From contig CAVZJB010000005.1 in the NCBI GenBank assembly GCA_963775425.1, positions 480,001 through 544,000 of the forward strand: a stretch of DNA of 64,000 nt, in the 5' to 3' direction. This document shows positions 27,920 to 41,800 of this stretch, one piece after another. Made by a program: the position numbers and the translations under genes. The stretch's first letter is position 1, and the number at the start of each line of letters is the position of its first letter. The notes beneath the pieces are model-generated. The model saw only the letters and a list, made by a program, of their open reading frames with translations, did no database searches and was not told the origin of the DNA. Source of the stretch: an uncultured delta proteobacterium (lineage in GTDB: Bacteria > Myxococcota > UBA727 > VGSZ01).

Positions 27920-28666
27920 GTGAGCCCGCCGGCCGAGCCCGCGCTCGTCGTCGTCGGCGCCGGCGGGCGCCTGGGGGCGCTCGTGTGCGGCGAGGCCGAG
28001 CGCGCCGGAATCGCGGTCGCCGCGCGCGTCGGCCGCGGGGGCTCGCTGGCGTCCGCGCTGGCGTCGCTCGCGATGCCGGCGCGCGCCTGCGTCGTCGACC
28101 TCGCCACCGCCGGCGCCACCGCCGCCCACGCCGCGGCCTGCGCCGTCGCCGGCGTGCCCTACGTCGTCGCCACCACGGGCCTCTCCGACGACGACGCGCG
28201 CGCCCTCGACGAGGCGGCGCACAAGGTGCCGGTGCTCGCGGCCGCCAACCTCTCCGTCAGCGCGCACGTGGTCGCGCGGCTCGTGGGCGAGGCGGCGGTG
28301 CGGCTGCGCGCGTACGACGTCGAGGTCGTCGAGGTGCACCACCGCAACAAGAAGGACGCGCCGAGCGGCACCGCCTTGATGCTGGCGGCGGCCGCGCGGG
28401 AGGCGCGCGGCGCCGGGGACGTCCGCCGGGCGCGCGACGGCGTGAGCCCGCGCGCCGCCGGCGAGATCGGGGTCGCGGCGGTGCGCGGCGGCGACGTCGT
28501 CGGTGAGCACACCGTGCACTTCTTCGGCGACGGCGAGCGCATCGACATCGTCCACCGGGTCACCGACCGCGCCGTCTTTGCGCGCGGCGCCCTCGCCGCC
28601 GCCCGCTTCGTCTCCGGCAAGCCCGCCGGTCGCTACCGCATGGCCGACGTCGTGGGCGGCGCGTGA
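27920..28666 (+). CDS. dapB: 4-hydroxy-tetrahydrodipicolinate reductase
   Basis: GAGGRLG, ATTG, EVHHRNKKDAPSGTA, RGGDVVGEH, FARGA. Confidence 0.93.
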   Translation: MSPPAEPALVVVGAGGRLGALVCGEAERAGIAVAARVGRGGSLASALASLAMPARACVVDLATAGATAAHAAACAVAGVPYVVATTGLSDDDARALDEAAHKVPVLAAANLSVSAHVVARLVGEAAVRLRAYDVEVVEVHHRNKKDAPSGTALMLAAAAREARGAGDVRRARDGVSPRAAGEIGVAAVRGGDVVGEHTVHFFGDGERIDIVHRVTDRAVFARGALAAARFVSGKPAGRYRMADVVGGA

Positions 28667-29286
28667 CGCCCGTCGAGCGGCCGGGGAAGGTGGTCTGCGT
28701 CGGGCGCAACTACGCGGCCCACGCCAGGGAGCTGCAAAACGACGTCCCCGCGGAGCCCATCCTCTTCATCAAGCCCGCGTCGTCGGTGATCTTCCACGGT
28801 GACGCCATCGTCAGGCCCGTGCACATGAGCGCGCTCGTGCACCACGAGGGAGAGCTCGCCGTCGTCGTCGATCGCGCGATGCGTCGGATCCCCGAGGAGG
28901 CCGCGCTGTCGTACGTCCGCGGCTACACCTGCGCCAACGACGTCACCGCCCGCGACCTCCAGCGGCGCGACGTGCAGTTCACCCGCGCCAAGGGCTTCGA
29001 CACCTTCTGTCCGCTCGGCCCCCACGTCGTCGAGGTCGCCGACCCACAGGCGCTCGATATCGAGGTCACGGTCAACGGAGAGGTGCGCCAGCGGGGCAAC
29101 ACCCGGGACATGGTCTTTCCGGTCGCGCGCCTGCTCTCGTTCATCTCCGACGTCATGACCCTCGACGCCGGAGACGTGGTGCTCACGGGCACCCCGGCCG
29201 GGGTCGGGCCGCTCGCAAACGGCGACATCGTCCGCGTCACCATCGCCGGCATCGGCGCCCTGGAGAACCCGGTCGTGGACGGCTGA
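28663..29286 (+). CDS. Fumarylacetoacetate hydrolase family protein
   Basis: CVGRNYAAH, HHEGEL, NDVTARDLQ, AKGFDTF, LTGTPAG. Confidence 0.92.
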   Translation: MTPVERPGKVVCVGRNYAAHARELQNDVPAEPILFIKPASSVIFHGDAIVRPVHMSALVHHEGELAVVVDRAMRRIPEEAALSYVRGYTCANDVTARDLQRRDVQFTRAKGFDTFCPLGPHVVEVADPQALDIEVTVNGEVRQRGNTRDMVFPVARLLSFISDVMTLDAGDVVLTGTPAGVGPLANGDIVRVTIAGIGALENPVVDG

Positions 29287-29362
29287 CAACGAACACCGAT
29301 CCGTTTCCTGCGCGCGGGCCGAGTCCATCGTATAGTCCCCCACCTAGCGGGGGTCGCGAGGC

Positions 29363-29926
29363 GTGCCGATGGTGGATTGGAAGAGACTTCTCGAGGACGA
29401 CGAGCGTGCGCGCGCGGGTTCCGAGGAGGACAACGACGACTGGCGGCAAGAGGCGGCGGACAGCCTCTGCGAGCTCTACTACGAGACCTACCGGGCCCAG
29501 AAAGGCCGCGGCAAGCGCCTCGACCTCCGCCCCGGCAGCGACTTCCGGCGCTTCATGGACAGCCACCTCCGCCCGCTCTCCCGGCACGGCGTGTGGGAGG
29601 CCCTGTTCCCGAACCGCTCCTCGTCCACGAGCGCCCAGGCCATCGACGAGGCGCTGCACCTGCTCGCGGACACCAAGCTCGTCGATCGCGTGTTCTCCGG
29701 CGACATCGTCACCGTCACCAAGATCGTCACCAACATCCAGAAGAAGCGCGCCAAGTACCTCGAGCTCGAGGGCCGCAGCGCCATGGCCCTCGCCATGGCC
29801 GCCAGCGAGATGGACGGCGACCTCGACGAACCGCTCGACTCGGAGCTCGACGCCATCGAGGCCGACGTCGGCAACGACGACGAGGGCGGCGAGGTCGAGG
29901 AAGAAGCCTCCGGCGACGAGAACTAG
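29363..29926 (+). CDS. Hypothetical protein with acidic C-terminal tail
   Basis: Protein-like ORF; TATAGT at 29331 and GAGG lie upstream. Confidence 0.7.
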   Translation: MPMVDWKRLLEDDERARAGSEEDNDDWRQEAADSLCELYYETYRAQKGRGKRLDLRPGSDFRRFMDSHLRPLSRHGVWEALFPNRSSSTSAQAIDEALHLLADTKLVDRVFSGDIVTVTKIVTNIQKKRAKYLELEGRSAMALAMAASEMDGDLDEPLDSELDAIEADVGNDDEGGEVEEEASGDEN

Positions 29927-29978
29927 ACCTCCACGGCGGAAGTCTCGAGCCGGATAAGACGGGAGAATCGCTGTCCCG

Positions 29979-30356
29979 GGGGCGAGGACACGCACCGTTC
30001 GCCCCTGCGCCTTGATCCGCTGCCTCGTCGACTCCGGCGGCGCGACGCCCGCGCGTGTGACGGCGACGTCGAAAACGGCACGCGCGAGCGCGTCGGGTTG
30101 GTGCGCGCGAAGGCCTCACCGAGAGACGGAAGAATGCGTACGGCCTCGACGTCGCATCGCTGTCCCGGGTGGAGCGAGGGAACGAGCGCCGGGCGCACCA
30201 ACGCCGCCGCGCTCGCGGGTTGCGCCGGCGCGGGTCGGCAGAGCGCGCGTTGGCGCCGCCGGCTCCCGCTCGGGGCGAGGACACGCACCGTTCGCCCCCT
30301 GCGCCTTCACCCGCTGCCTCGGGGACTCACCGCGCACCGGCGGCGCGACGCCCGCG
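29979..30356. repeat. Imperfect intergenic direct repeat (about 75-85 bp, copies at 29979-30053 and 30272-30356)
   Basis: GGGGCGAGGACACGCACCGTTCGCCCC..TGCGCCTT..CCGCTGCCTCG...CCGGCGGCGCGACGCCCGCG occurs twice; ATCGCTGTCCCGGG also occurs twice. Confidence 0.8.
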
Positions 30357-30359
30357 GAG

Positions 30360-34235
<3,876 letters not shown>

Positions 34236-34305
34236 GAAGGCGGGATGCCGCACTTGACCCGAGGCTTCAACGGGTGCCCTCCTGGGCAGGCGCCGCGCCG
34301 GGCCG

Positions 34306-35256
34306 CTATCCGCCCTGCGCCTCCGCCCACGGCATCGTCGCCGTGGAGCCGCCGCCGCCGCCGCGCGCGTCGACGGCGACGACGCCGACGTCGACGCCGG
34401 CGTGCCGCGCGCGGAACGAAGCGAGCGCCTGGTCGACGGCGGCCTGCGCGGAGAGCCCGCCGGCCATGGCGTCATGCACGCGCAGGGAGACCATGTCCTG
34501 CCAGATGGCCTCGCCGACGCCGGTGGCGGCGACGGCGCCGGCGGGGCCGACGTACAGGCCCGCGCCGGGGATGGGCGTGTCGCCCACGCGGCCACGGATG
34601 GCGCACCAGATGCCGCCCGTCGACGACGCCAACGCGAACGCCCCGCCCGCGTCGCGCACGGCGACGCCGACGGTGTCGCACGCGCCGCGCGGCGGACGAG
34701 CCGCCGCGCCACGCATCGGGTCCCCAGGCTCGACGTCGCCGGGGCCGCCGTCGCCGGCGGCGACGTCGCGCCAGATGCGCGGGTCGACGCCGCCGTAGAG
34801 CGTCCGCCAGCGCGGCTCGTTGTCCAGGTTCTTCATGCGCGCCGCGTGTCGCGCGCGCTGCGCGTCCGAGATCGGCAGCGCGGGCTCGAGGCCGAGGCGC
34901 GCGGCGAGCTCGTCGCCGCCGGGGCCGGCGATGAGCATGTGCGGCGAGTCGTACACGGCGCGCGCGAGCTTGACGGGGTTCTTCCAGCCCTCGACGACGG
35001 CCACGGCGCCGAAGCCAGCGGCGTCCATCACGCTCGCGTCGAGCTGCGCCTTGCCGTCGAGCCGGAGCACCGCCCCGGTGCCGGCGTTCATGCGCGGATC
35101 GTCCTCGAGGACGACGCAGCCGGCTACGGCCGCGTCGAGCGCCGAAGCCCCGCGCGCGAGCGCCTCGAGCGCGGCGGCGCACGCGCGCTCGCAGCCGTCT
35201 TTCACCTCGGGGACGTTGCCGGCGCCGCCGTGGGCGACGACCAATGGGGGGGACAT
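34306..35256 (-). CDS. Isoaspartyl peptidase/L-asparaginase (Ntn hydrolase)
   Basis: HGGAG, LEDDP..NAG, DTVG nucleophile, STGG, GRVGD, TGVGE. Confidence 0.92.
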   Translation of the reverse strand: MSPPLVVAHGGAGNVPEVKDGCERACAAALEALARGASALDAAVAGCVVLEDDPRMNAGTGAVLRLDGKAQLDASVMDAAGFGAVAVVEGWKNPVKLARAVYDSPHMLIAGPGGDELAARLGLEPALPISDAQRARHAARMKNLDNEPRWRTLYGGVDPRIWRDVAAGDGGPGDVEPGDPMRGAAARPPRGACDTVGVAVRDAGGAFALASSTGGIWCAIRGRVGDTPIPGAGLYVGPAGAVAATGVGEAIWQDMVSLRVHDAMAGGLSAQAAVDQALASFRARHAGVDVGVVAVDARGGGGGSTATMPWAEAQGG

Positions 35257-35311
35257 CAGCGACGCATACGTCCGCGCGGCGGCGGAGAAAAGCGTCCGCC
35301 GGCGGGACCGT

Positions 35312-37546
35312 TCAGCTCTCGATGAGCGCGCGCACCCGCCGCAACAATTCGTCCAGATCGAACGGCTTCTGCAGCGAGCGCCCGCGGATGCGCTCGTCGT
35401 GCTCGCTCCGTTCGAAGGCGTAACCGCTGGCGAAGAGGTAGCGCACCCCGGGCCGCAGCTCCTGCATACGCGTGAGGGTGGCGGGCCCGCCGCCGTTGGG
35501 CATCACCACGTCGAGCAAGACCAGCGCGATGTCGTCATGCCGCGCGAACAGCTCGAGCGCCTCGGCGCCGCTCTTTGCGGTGAGCACCCGATAGCCGGCG
35601 CCCTCGAGGACGCGGACCGAGATGCGGCGCGCGATCTCGTCGTCGTCGGCGACCAGCAGCAGCTCGTCGCCGCTCACCCTGCGCTCCGGCGGCCCCTTGT
35701 CCGGCGCGGGAGCGCCGCGGCTCACCGGCAGAAAAGCCCGAAACGCGCTCCCCTGGCCCGGCGCGGTCTGGAAGTCGATGCGTCCACCGTGTTGGTGCAC
35801 CACGCCATGGACCGTTGCCAGGCCGAGGCCCGTCCCGCGACCGAGCTCCTTCGTGGTGAAGAACGGCTCGAAGACGTGCGCCGCCACGTCCGGCGTCATC
35901 CCGCAGCCCGTGTCGCTCACGCGAATGCACACGTGCGGTCCGGCCGCGGCGTCGTCGACGGGATCCGCCGGCAGCTCCACGAAGGAGCTCTCGATGACGA
36001 CCTTGCCGCCGTTCGGCATGGCGTCGCTCGCGTTCACCGCCAGGTTCATCACCACCTGCTCGAGCTGACCGCGATCGACGTACACGGTGGTGTCGGCGCC
36101 GGCGCCCGCCAGGAGCTCGATCTCCACGTCGGCGCGCGTGACGCGGCGCAGGAGCTTCACGATCTCACGGAGGAGGTCGTCGACGACGAGGTACTCGCGC
36201 TCGAGCATCTGCCGGCGTGAGAACGCGAGGATCTGCCGGGTGAGGTCGGCGGCGTGCTCGCCGGCGAGGCGGATTTGATCGAGGTCCTCGCGCTGCTCCG
36301 GATCGGTGATGCGTGACGCGAGCAGCGACGTGTTGCCCAGGATGCCGAGGAGCAGGTTGTTGAAGTCGTGGGCGACGCCGGCGGCGAGGCGGCCGATGGC
36401 CTCGAGCCTGTGCGCCTTGCGCAGGTGGTCCTCGGCGAGCACGCGCTCGGTGATGTCGCGGTTGTTGATGACCACGCCGCCGACCGCGGGATCGGAGATG
36501 AAGTTCGTCATGGTGACGTCGTGCCAGCGCCAGGTGCCGTCGTTGTGGCGCAGGCGCAGGTCGAGGCGCCGAACGCACGCGTCCTCGGCCGCGACCTCTC
36601 GCAGCAGCGCGCGCGCGCCCTCGACGTCGTCCGGGTGCATGCGGAGGAACATCGAGGTTTCGAGGCGCTCTTCGTGCGGGATGCCGAGGAGCGACACCCG
36701 TGAATTCGCAAAACGGATGACGCCATTCGCGTCGACGATGAGGACGCTGGAACCGCTGCGCTCGGTGAGCGCGCGAAAGCGGCGCTCGTTGCGGGCGAGC
36801 TCTTCGCGCAGCGCGTGCTGCTCGGTGATGTCGCGATGGTTGACCACCGCGATCTCGTCGCCGCCGGGCGGCAGCCGCGCCGAGCGCCCGTCCACCACCC
36901 GCCACGCGCCGCTCTTGTGGCGCACGCGGATGGCGTCGGTCTGGCCCGAGCCCTCCTCCAGGCACCGCCCGAACGCCGCTGTCGTCCTCGTCACGTCATC
37001 GGGGTGCACGAGGCGAAGGAGGGACTCTCCGATGAGCTCGGCCGGGGTGAGTCCCGTGATGCGGGTGAGGCCCGGGTTCGCGTAGAGCGTGTTTCCCTCG
37101 GCGTCGACGGTGAATATGCCGTCGTTCATGCTCTCTGCGAGCGTGCGGAACCGGGTCTCGCTGAGGGCGAGCGCCTCTTCGGCATCGACGCCCTCCGTGA
37201 CGTCGCGCGCGAACAAGAGCGTGCCGTGGATGCCGGCGATGCGCCGCGCGTCCACGGAGCGGACCTCGATGACGCGAGACTCCCCGTCGCGGCGGCGGGT
37301 CCGCACGCGCAGCGATGTCCCGGCGGGGGGCGGCACGCGGGCGTCCCCCTCGGCGGCCATCACGTCGGCGACGTTCGCGCCCACGATCTCCGACGCGGGA
37401 AGGCCGAGCACCTGCTCGGCGCAGCCGTTGACATAGCCGATCTTGCCGTTCGGGCCGACGAGCGTCACCAGCATCGGGCAGCAATCGAGAGCGGCGCGCG
37501 CCTCGGACGGGAGCTCGCACGATGTCGTGTCGTGGCCGCGCGCCAT
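35312..37546 (-). CDS. Hybrid sensor histidine kinase (3 PAS, HisKA, HATPase, REC)
   Basis: Three PAS repeats (two with HPDD), AHDFNN, NLAVNA, DTGCG, GTGLGL, LLDVVMP...KPF. Start approximate. Confidence 0.93.
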   Translation of the reverse strand: MARGHDTTSCELPSEARAALDCCPMLVTLVGPNGKIGYVNGCAEQVLGLPASEIVGANVADVMAAEGDARVPPPAGTSLRVRTRRRDGESRVIEVRSVDARRIAGIHGTLLFARDVTEGVDAEEALALSETRFRTLAESMNDGIFTVDAEGNTLYANPGLTRITGLTPAELIGESLLRLVHPDDVTRTTAAFGRCLEEGSGQTDAIRVRHKSGAWRVVDGRSARLPPGGDEIAVVNHRDITEQHALREELARNERRFRALTERSGSSVLIVDANGVIRFANSRVSLLGIPHEERLETSMFLRMHPDDVEGARALLREVAAEDACVRRLDLRLRHNDGTWRWHDVTMTNFISDPAVGGVVINNRDITERVLAEDHLRKAHRLEAIGRLAAGVAHDFNNLLLGILGNTSLLASRITDPEQREDLDQIRLAGEHAADLTRQILAFSRRQMLEREYLVVDDLLREIVKLLRRVTRADVEIELLAGAGADTTVYVDRGQLEQVVMNLAVNASDAMPNGGKVVIESSFVELPADPVDDAAAGPHVCIRVSDTGCGMTPDVAAHVFEPFFTTKELGRGTGLGLATVHGVVHQHGGRIDFQTAPGQGSAFRAFLPVSRGAPAPDKGPPERRVSGDELLLVADDDEIARRISVRVLEGAGYRVLTAKSGAEALELFARHDDIALVLLDVVMPNGGGPATLTRMQELRPGVRYLFASGYAFERSEHDERIRGRSLQKPFDLDELLRRVRALIES

Positions 37547-37647
37547 GCGCGGACCGTACATCGGATCGCTCCGCTCTTCGGCTTCCCCCTGTTGCCGTAC
37601 GACCGATGTGCGAGCGCCGCGCCTCATGTGCGCTCGATAACAGCGGC

Positions 37648-38679
37648 ATGCAGACGCACTCCCCCGTCAAGCGCCTCCACAACGACATCCACGCGCTGAA
37701 GAACGCGCAGCACGCCAAGGGCCACGACAAGGCCGAGCTCAAGCGCGACACGCGAACGCTCAAGACCGACAAGCGGCAGGCCCAGCACCTCCACGACCGC
37801 TTCGAGAAGAACAAGGACGCGCTCAACAAGGACCGAAAGCGGCTCCACACGCTGCACGATCACGAAAAGACGAAGCTCCAGGCCCTCGAGGCGCGCCGCG
37901 CCGACGTGCAGCGCCGCTACGACGCGAGCGTGGATCCGCTCACGGGCCAGGGCGACGTCGGGCTCCAGACGCAGCTCGCGGCGCTCGATCAGGACATCGC
38001 CGGCGTGCACGCGCGCCTCGATCCGCGCATCCAGACCGCCACGGGTGACAGGGACGCCCTCAAGCAGGTCCTCGACCGCCAGCGGCTCGCGCTCAAGCAG
38101 GATCACCACGCCGTGCAGCGCGACAGCCGTGCGGTGAAGCAGGACAACAAGGCGCTCGCCCATGACGCCCAGCGCGTGAAGAGCCATCGCGCGCGGGCCA
38201 TGCATGACCTCCGGCCTGCCGAGTACAAGATGGGCCTCAAGGGCACCAACGCCGCGCGCAAGGACCTGGGCCTCAAGCCGGTCAAGCACGTGATCCGGCC
38301 GGGCGTCGCGAACGTCGTCGGCGGACAGGTGGGCAAGTGGATCGCCGAGGCGCAGACCGTCTTGAAGCAGCACGGCGTGCCGCTGTCGAAGATGAACGCC
38401 CACGACATCGCGACGATCATCAAGTTCGAGTCGGGCGGGAACCCGCGCGCGGTCAACAACTGGGACTCGAACGCCGCCGCGGGACATCCTTCGGAGGGCT
38501 TGATGCAGACCATCGGCCCCACCTTCGACGCGTACAAGCTGCACGGCCACGGGCACATCCTGAACCCGGTGGACAACATCATCGCCGGCGTCCGCTACGC
38601 AATCTCGCGCTACGGGAGCATCTCCAACGTGCCCGGCATCCAGGCGGTGCACGCCGGGGGCAGCTACGTCGGCTACTGA
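37648..38679 (+). CDS. Coiled-coil protein with C-terminal lytic transglycosylase (SLT) domain
   Basis: ESGGNP.A.NNWDSN, GLMQ, NPVDNIIAGVRY..RYG; charged N-terminal coiled coil. Confidence 0.85.
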   Translation: MQTHSPVKRLHNDIHALKNAQHAKGHDKAELKRDTRTLKTDKRQAQHLHDRFEKNKDALNKDRKRLHTLHDHEKTKLQALEARRADVQRRYDASVDPLTGQGDVGLQTQLAALDQDIAGVHARLDPRIQTATGDRDALKQVLDRQRLALKQDHHAVQRDSRAVKQDNKALAHDAQRVKSHRARAMHDLRPAEYKMGLKGTNAARKDLGLKPVKHVIRPGVANVVGGQVGKWIAEAQTVLKQHGVPLSKMNAHDIATIIKFESGGNPRAVNNWDSNAAAGHPSEGLMQTIGPTFDAYKLHGHGHILNPVDNIIAGVRYAISRYGSISNVPGIQAVHAGGSYVGY

Positions 38680-38840
38680 GCCTCGTGGGGCGTGCCCTCG
38701 TCACGAGGGGGGCTGTCCCTCCCCGCATCCGGGCGCGCCGAAGCGGGGTCGCACTTTCTCCTATCGCGCCCGCCACGGTTGACCTCGAAGCGACGACGAG
38801 CGAGAACATTGGGCCGCCTCTTTTCGTGCGAGGTCACCCC

Positions 38841-41800
38841 ATGCCTTTTCGCCGTCTCCATGTCTTCACCCTTTTGAGCGCCGCCGCCCTGGCCGTGGCC
38901 TCCGCGGGGTGCAGCGAAAAGATCGAGGAGAAGCAAGCCCAGCTCGGCGGCTCCTGCCTCGGCTGCCACACCGGCATCACGGACATCCATCCCCAGTTCG
39001 CGCTCGCCTGCGTCGACTGCCACGGCGGTCACGACGACGTGCCGCTGCCCGCCGTGGTGGACGTGCGCGACCAGGAGCTGTTGAAGGCGAGCCACGTGCT
39101 GCCGCTGGATCCCGAGATGTGGTGGCCCAACGGCATCGACGACAACGGCGACGGCCGGGTGGACGAGCAGGGCGAGTTCTTCGACGGCCGCGTCGTCGAC
39201 CAGGACGGCAACGCCGGCCTCGCCGAAGGGCGCCAGGCGCCGCGCTTCGAGTTCGACAGCGAGATCAACCGCGACCTGAACTACCTGCGCTTCATCAACC
39301 CGGGTGATCTGCGCGTCGCCGAGGTGAGCTGCGGCGGCCACAACAAGAACGCCAATGCGGCCATGGTCTGCCACGCCGAGACCGTCTACGACGTCCGCCG
39401 CTCCATCATGGCGACCAACGCCGGCGTCTCCGCCGGCGCCCTCTACGGCAACGCCCAGCTCCCCACGGCCGCCGACTACGGCAGCGCCTTCGCGCAGTCG
39501 CAGGTGGGCCAGGACTTCGACGCGCGCAACCCGCGCATCGGCCGCGCCGCCTACACGTTCAACTACGAGGCCATGGACGCGAACTACGACCCCGTGTCCA
39601 ACACCTTCGATCACGATGGGCTGCTCGCGGCGGCCAAGGCCAACCTCGATCCCGACGACGACCTCTACGAGGCCACCGCGGGCGCCGTCAGCGACGACGG
39701 CAGCGCCAAGGACCCGTTCGGCAACCCGCTGGATCCGGGCCCCGGCCTCACCCGCACCGGCAACCAGCTCAAGTTCTTCAATCCGACGGACAAGACCAAC
39801 AACCGCGCCATCGACGTCCTCGAGTACATCGGCAACGGCGCCAACCGCACCTTCCCCCCGCCGGGCACGGGCATCGAGCTGCGCCTCCAGAAGATCCTCG
39901 AGGGCCTCGGCGTCGCGCGCCAGAGCCCCATCCGCAACGCCATCCCCAACGACGGCAAGCCCATCATCAACCCTGTGGACGCGGCGCTGCGCAGCTTCCG
40001 CGCGTACCACGTGCTGAACTTCATGTCGCCGAGCGACAACTTCGGCTTCAAGGACTTCACCACGTCGCCCAACGAGGACGATCCGCCGCCCAACGATCCC
40101 AACGACGTCGAGCTCCAGAACAACAACAACCCGTTCGGGCGCTTCCTGTCGTCAGGCTGCACGTCCTGCCACGTCGAGTACGCCAAGGACGGGCACAACG
40201 AGGAGCCCATCGATCGCACTGTGGCGGACAACGGGCGCCAGCCCGAGACCGCGCTGCCCTTCGGCATCCGCCAGGACCTCGGCCAGCGCGCCTATGCCAA
40301 GCGCCACGAGATCAAGACGGCCGTGCAGCTCAACACCTGCGCGCAGTGCCACGGCTTCGTCACCCGCGTCGACTACGCCGCCGAGGGCAAGTTCGAGCTC
40401 GAGGTCGACTTCACCAACCTCTCGCAGGTGCAGACCATCGGGCCCTTCACGTTCTCCACGCCCAAGACCGCGTGCGTGAACGTGTTCGACAACCTCGCCC
40501 ACTACAAGGACGGCAAGATCCTGAACGAGGGCGAGGGCGTCAGCGAGGATCTCAACAACAACGGTGAGCTCGACGAGGGCGAGGACAAGAACAACAACGG
40601 CTGCCTCGACATCCCCAATCGCGTCGCCCGCAGCGACGCCTTCGACGGGCGCCAGTCCAAGCTCATCTACGGAGGCGCCAACGGCTCGGTCCACCTGCAG
40701 GACATCCACATCGAGGAGGGCATGGCCTGCAGCGACTGCCACGTCACCTCGGTGCACGGCGACTCCAACCTGTACACGCGCAATTGGGACGCGGAGCCCA
40801 TGGAGTGCGAGGACTGCCACGGCACCTCGTACGCCAAGGCCAAGCTCATCTCGTCGGGCCCCAACGGCGGCGACAAGTTCACCGACCCCGTGTGGAACAC
40901 GCCGTTCGGCAAGCCCTGGTTCGAGGAGAAGGACGGCAAGATCATCGAGCACAGCCGCACGCAGGCGGGCCTCGAGTGGGAGGTCGCCCAGCTCGTCGAC
41001 GAGAAGGTCGGCGACGCCAAGACGGCGTACGCCAAGTACGCCCACGAGCAGCCGGCGGAGACCATCCCCAATCCAGGTCGTGAGCAGGAGGCGCGCGCCT
41101 TCGCCCACATGCAGGAGGCGGGTAAGCCCGGCGGCCTCGAGTGCTACTCCTGCCACTCCTCGTGGCAGCCCAACTGCCTCACGTGCCACCTCAAGATGGA
41201 CGTGGGCAAGGCCAAGCAGGAGATCTGGTGGGGTGACGACGACGAGTCTGAGATCTTCTTCCAGCTCTTCAGCTACACGCGCTCGCCCTTCTACCTGGGC
41301 CGCGGCGGCGACGTCGAAGGCAACCGCATCTCGACGTACCGCTCCACCATGCAGACGCACCTGACGGTCACCGCCACCGTCGGCAACCAGGGCTTCACCC
41401 TGCTCGACAACGCCATGGTCGCGTCCAACCAGCACCTGAGCTCGATGGTGTCGAACCCGTACTTCCCGCATACGGTGCGCGTCACCGAGACCAAGTCGTG
41501 CGCGCGCTGCCACACGCTCGAGGACGAGCAGGGACGCATCGAGAACGATCACCTCATCACGGAGGCCACGGGCCAGGGCTCGGGCCGCTACATGAACCTC
41601 GGCGATTGGGGCCTGGTGGCCACCACCAACGGCTTCCAGCAGATCGATCTCAAGGCCGAGGGCGGCACGTTCAACGCGCAGGCCAAGGCCCCCGGGATCA
41701 CCTTCCCCGGCTTCGACTTCTCCGACGTCAACCCGCGCCACGCGGACTTCCTCGTGGGCAACGCCACTGACGTGGCCATGCTCCGCGGCGTCGCCTTCGA

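Noticed and set aside
38337-38840. N-terminal extension of the large cytochrome
   Set aside because: It overlaps the SLT gene; the RBS and lipoprotein signal begin at 38841.
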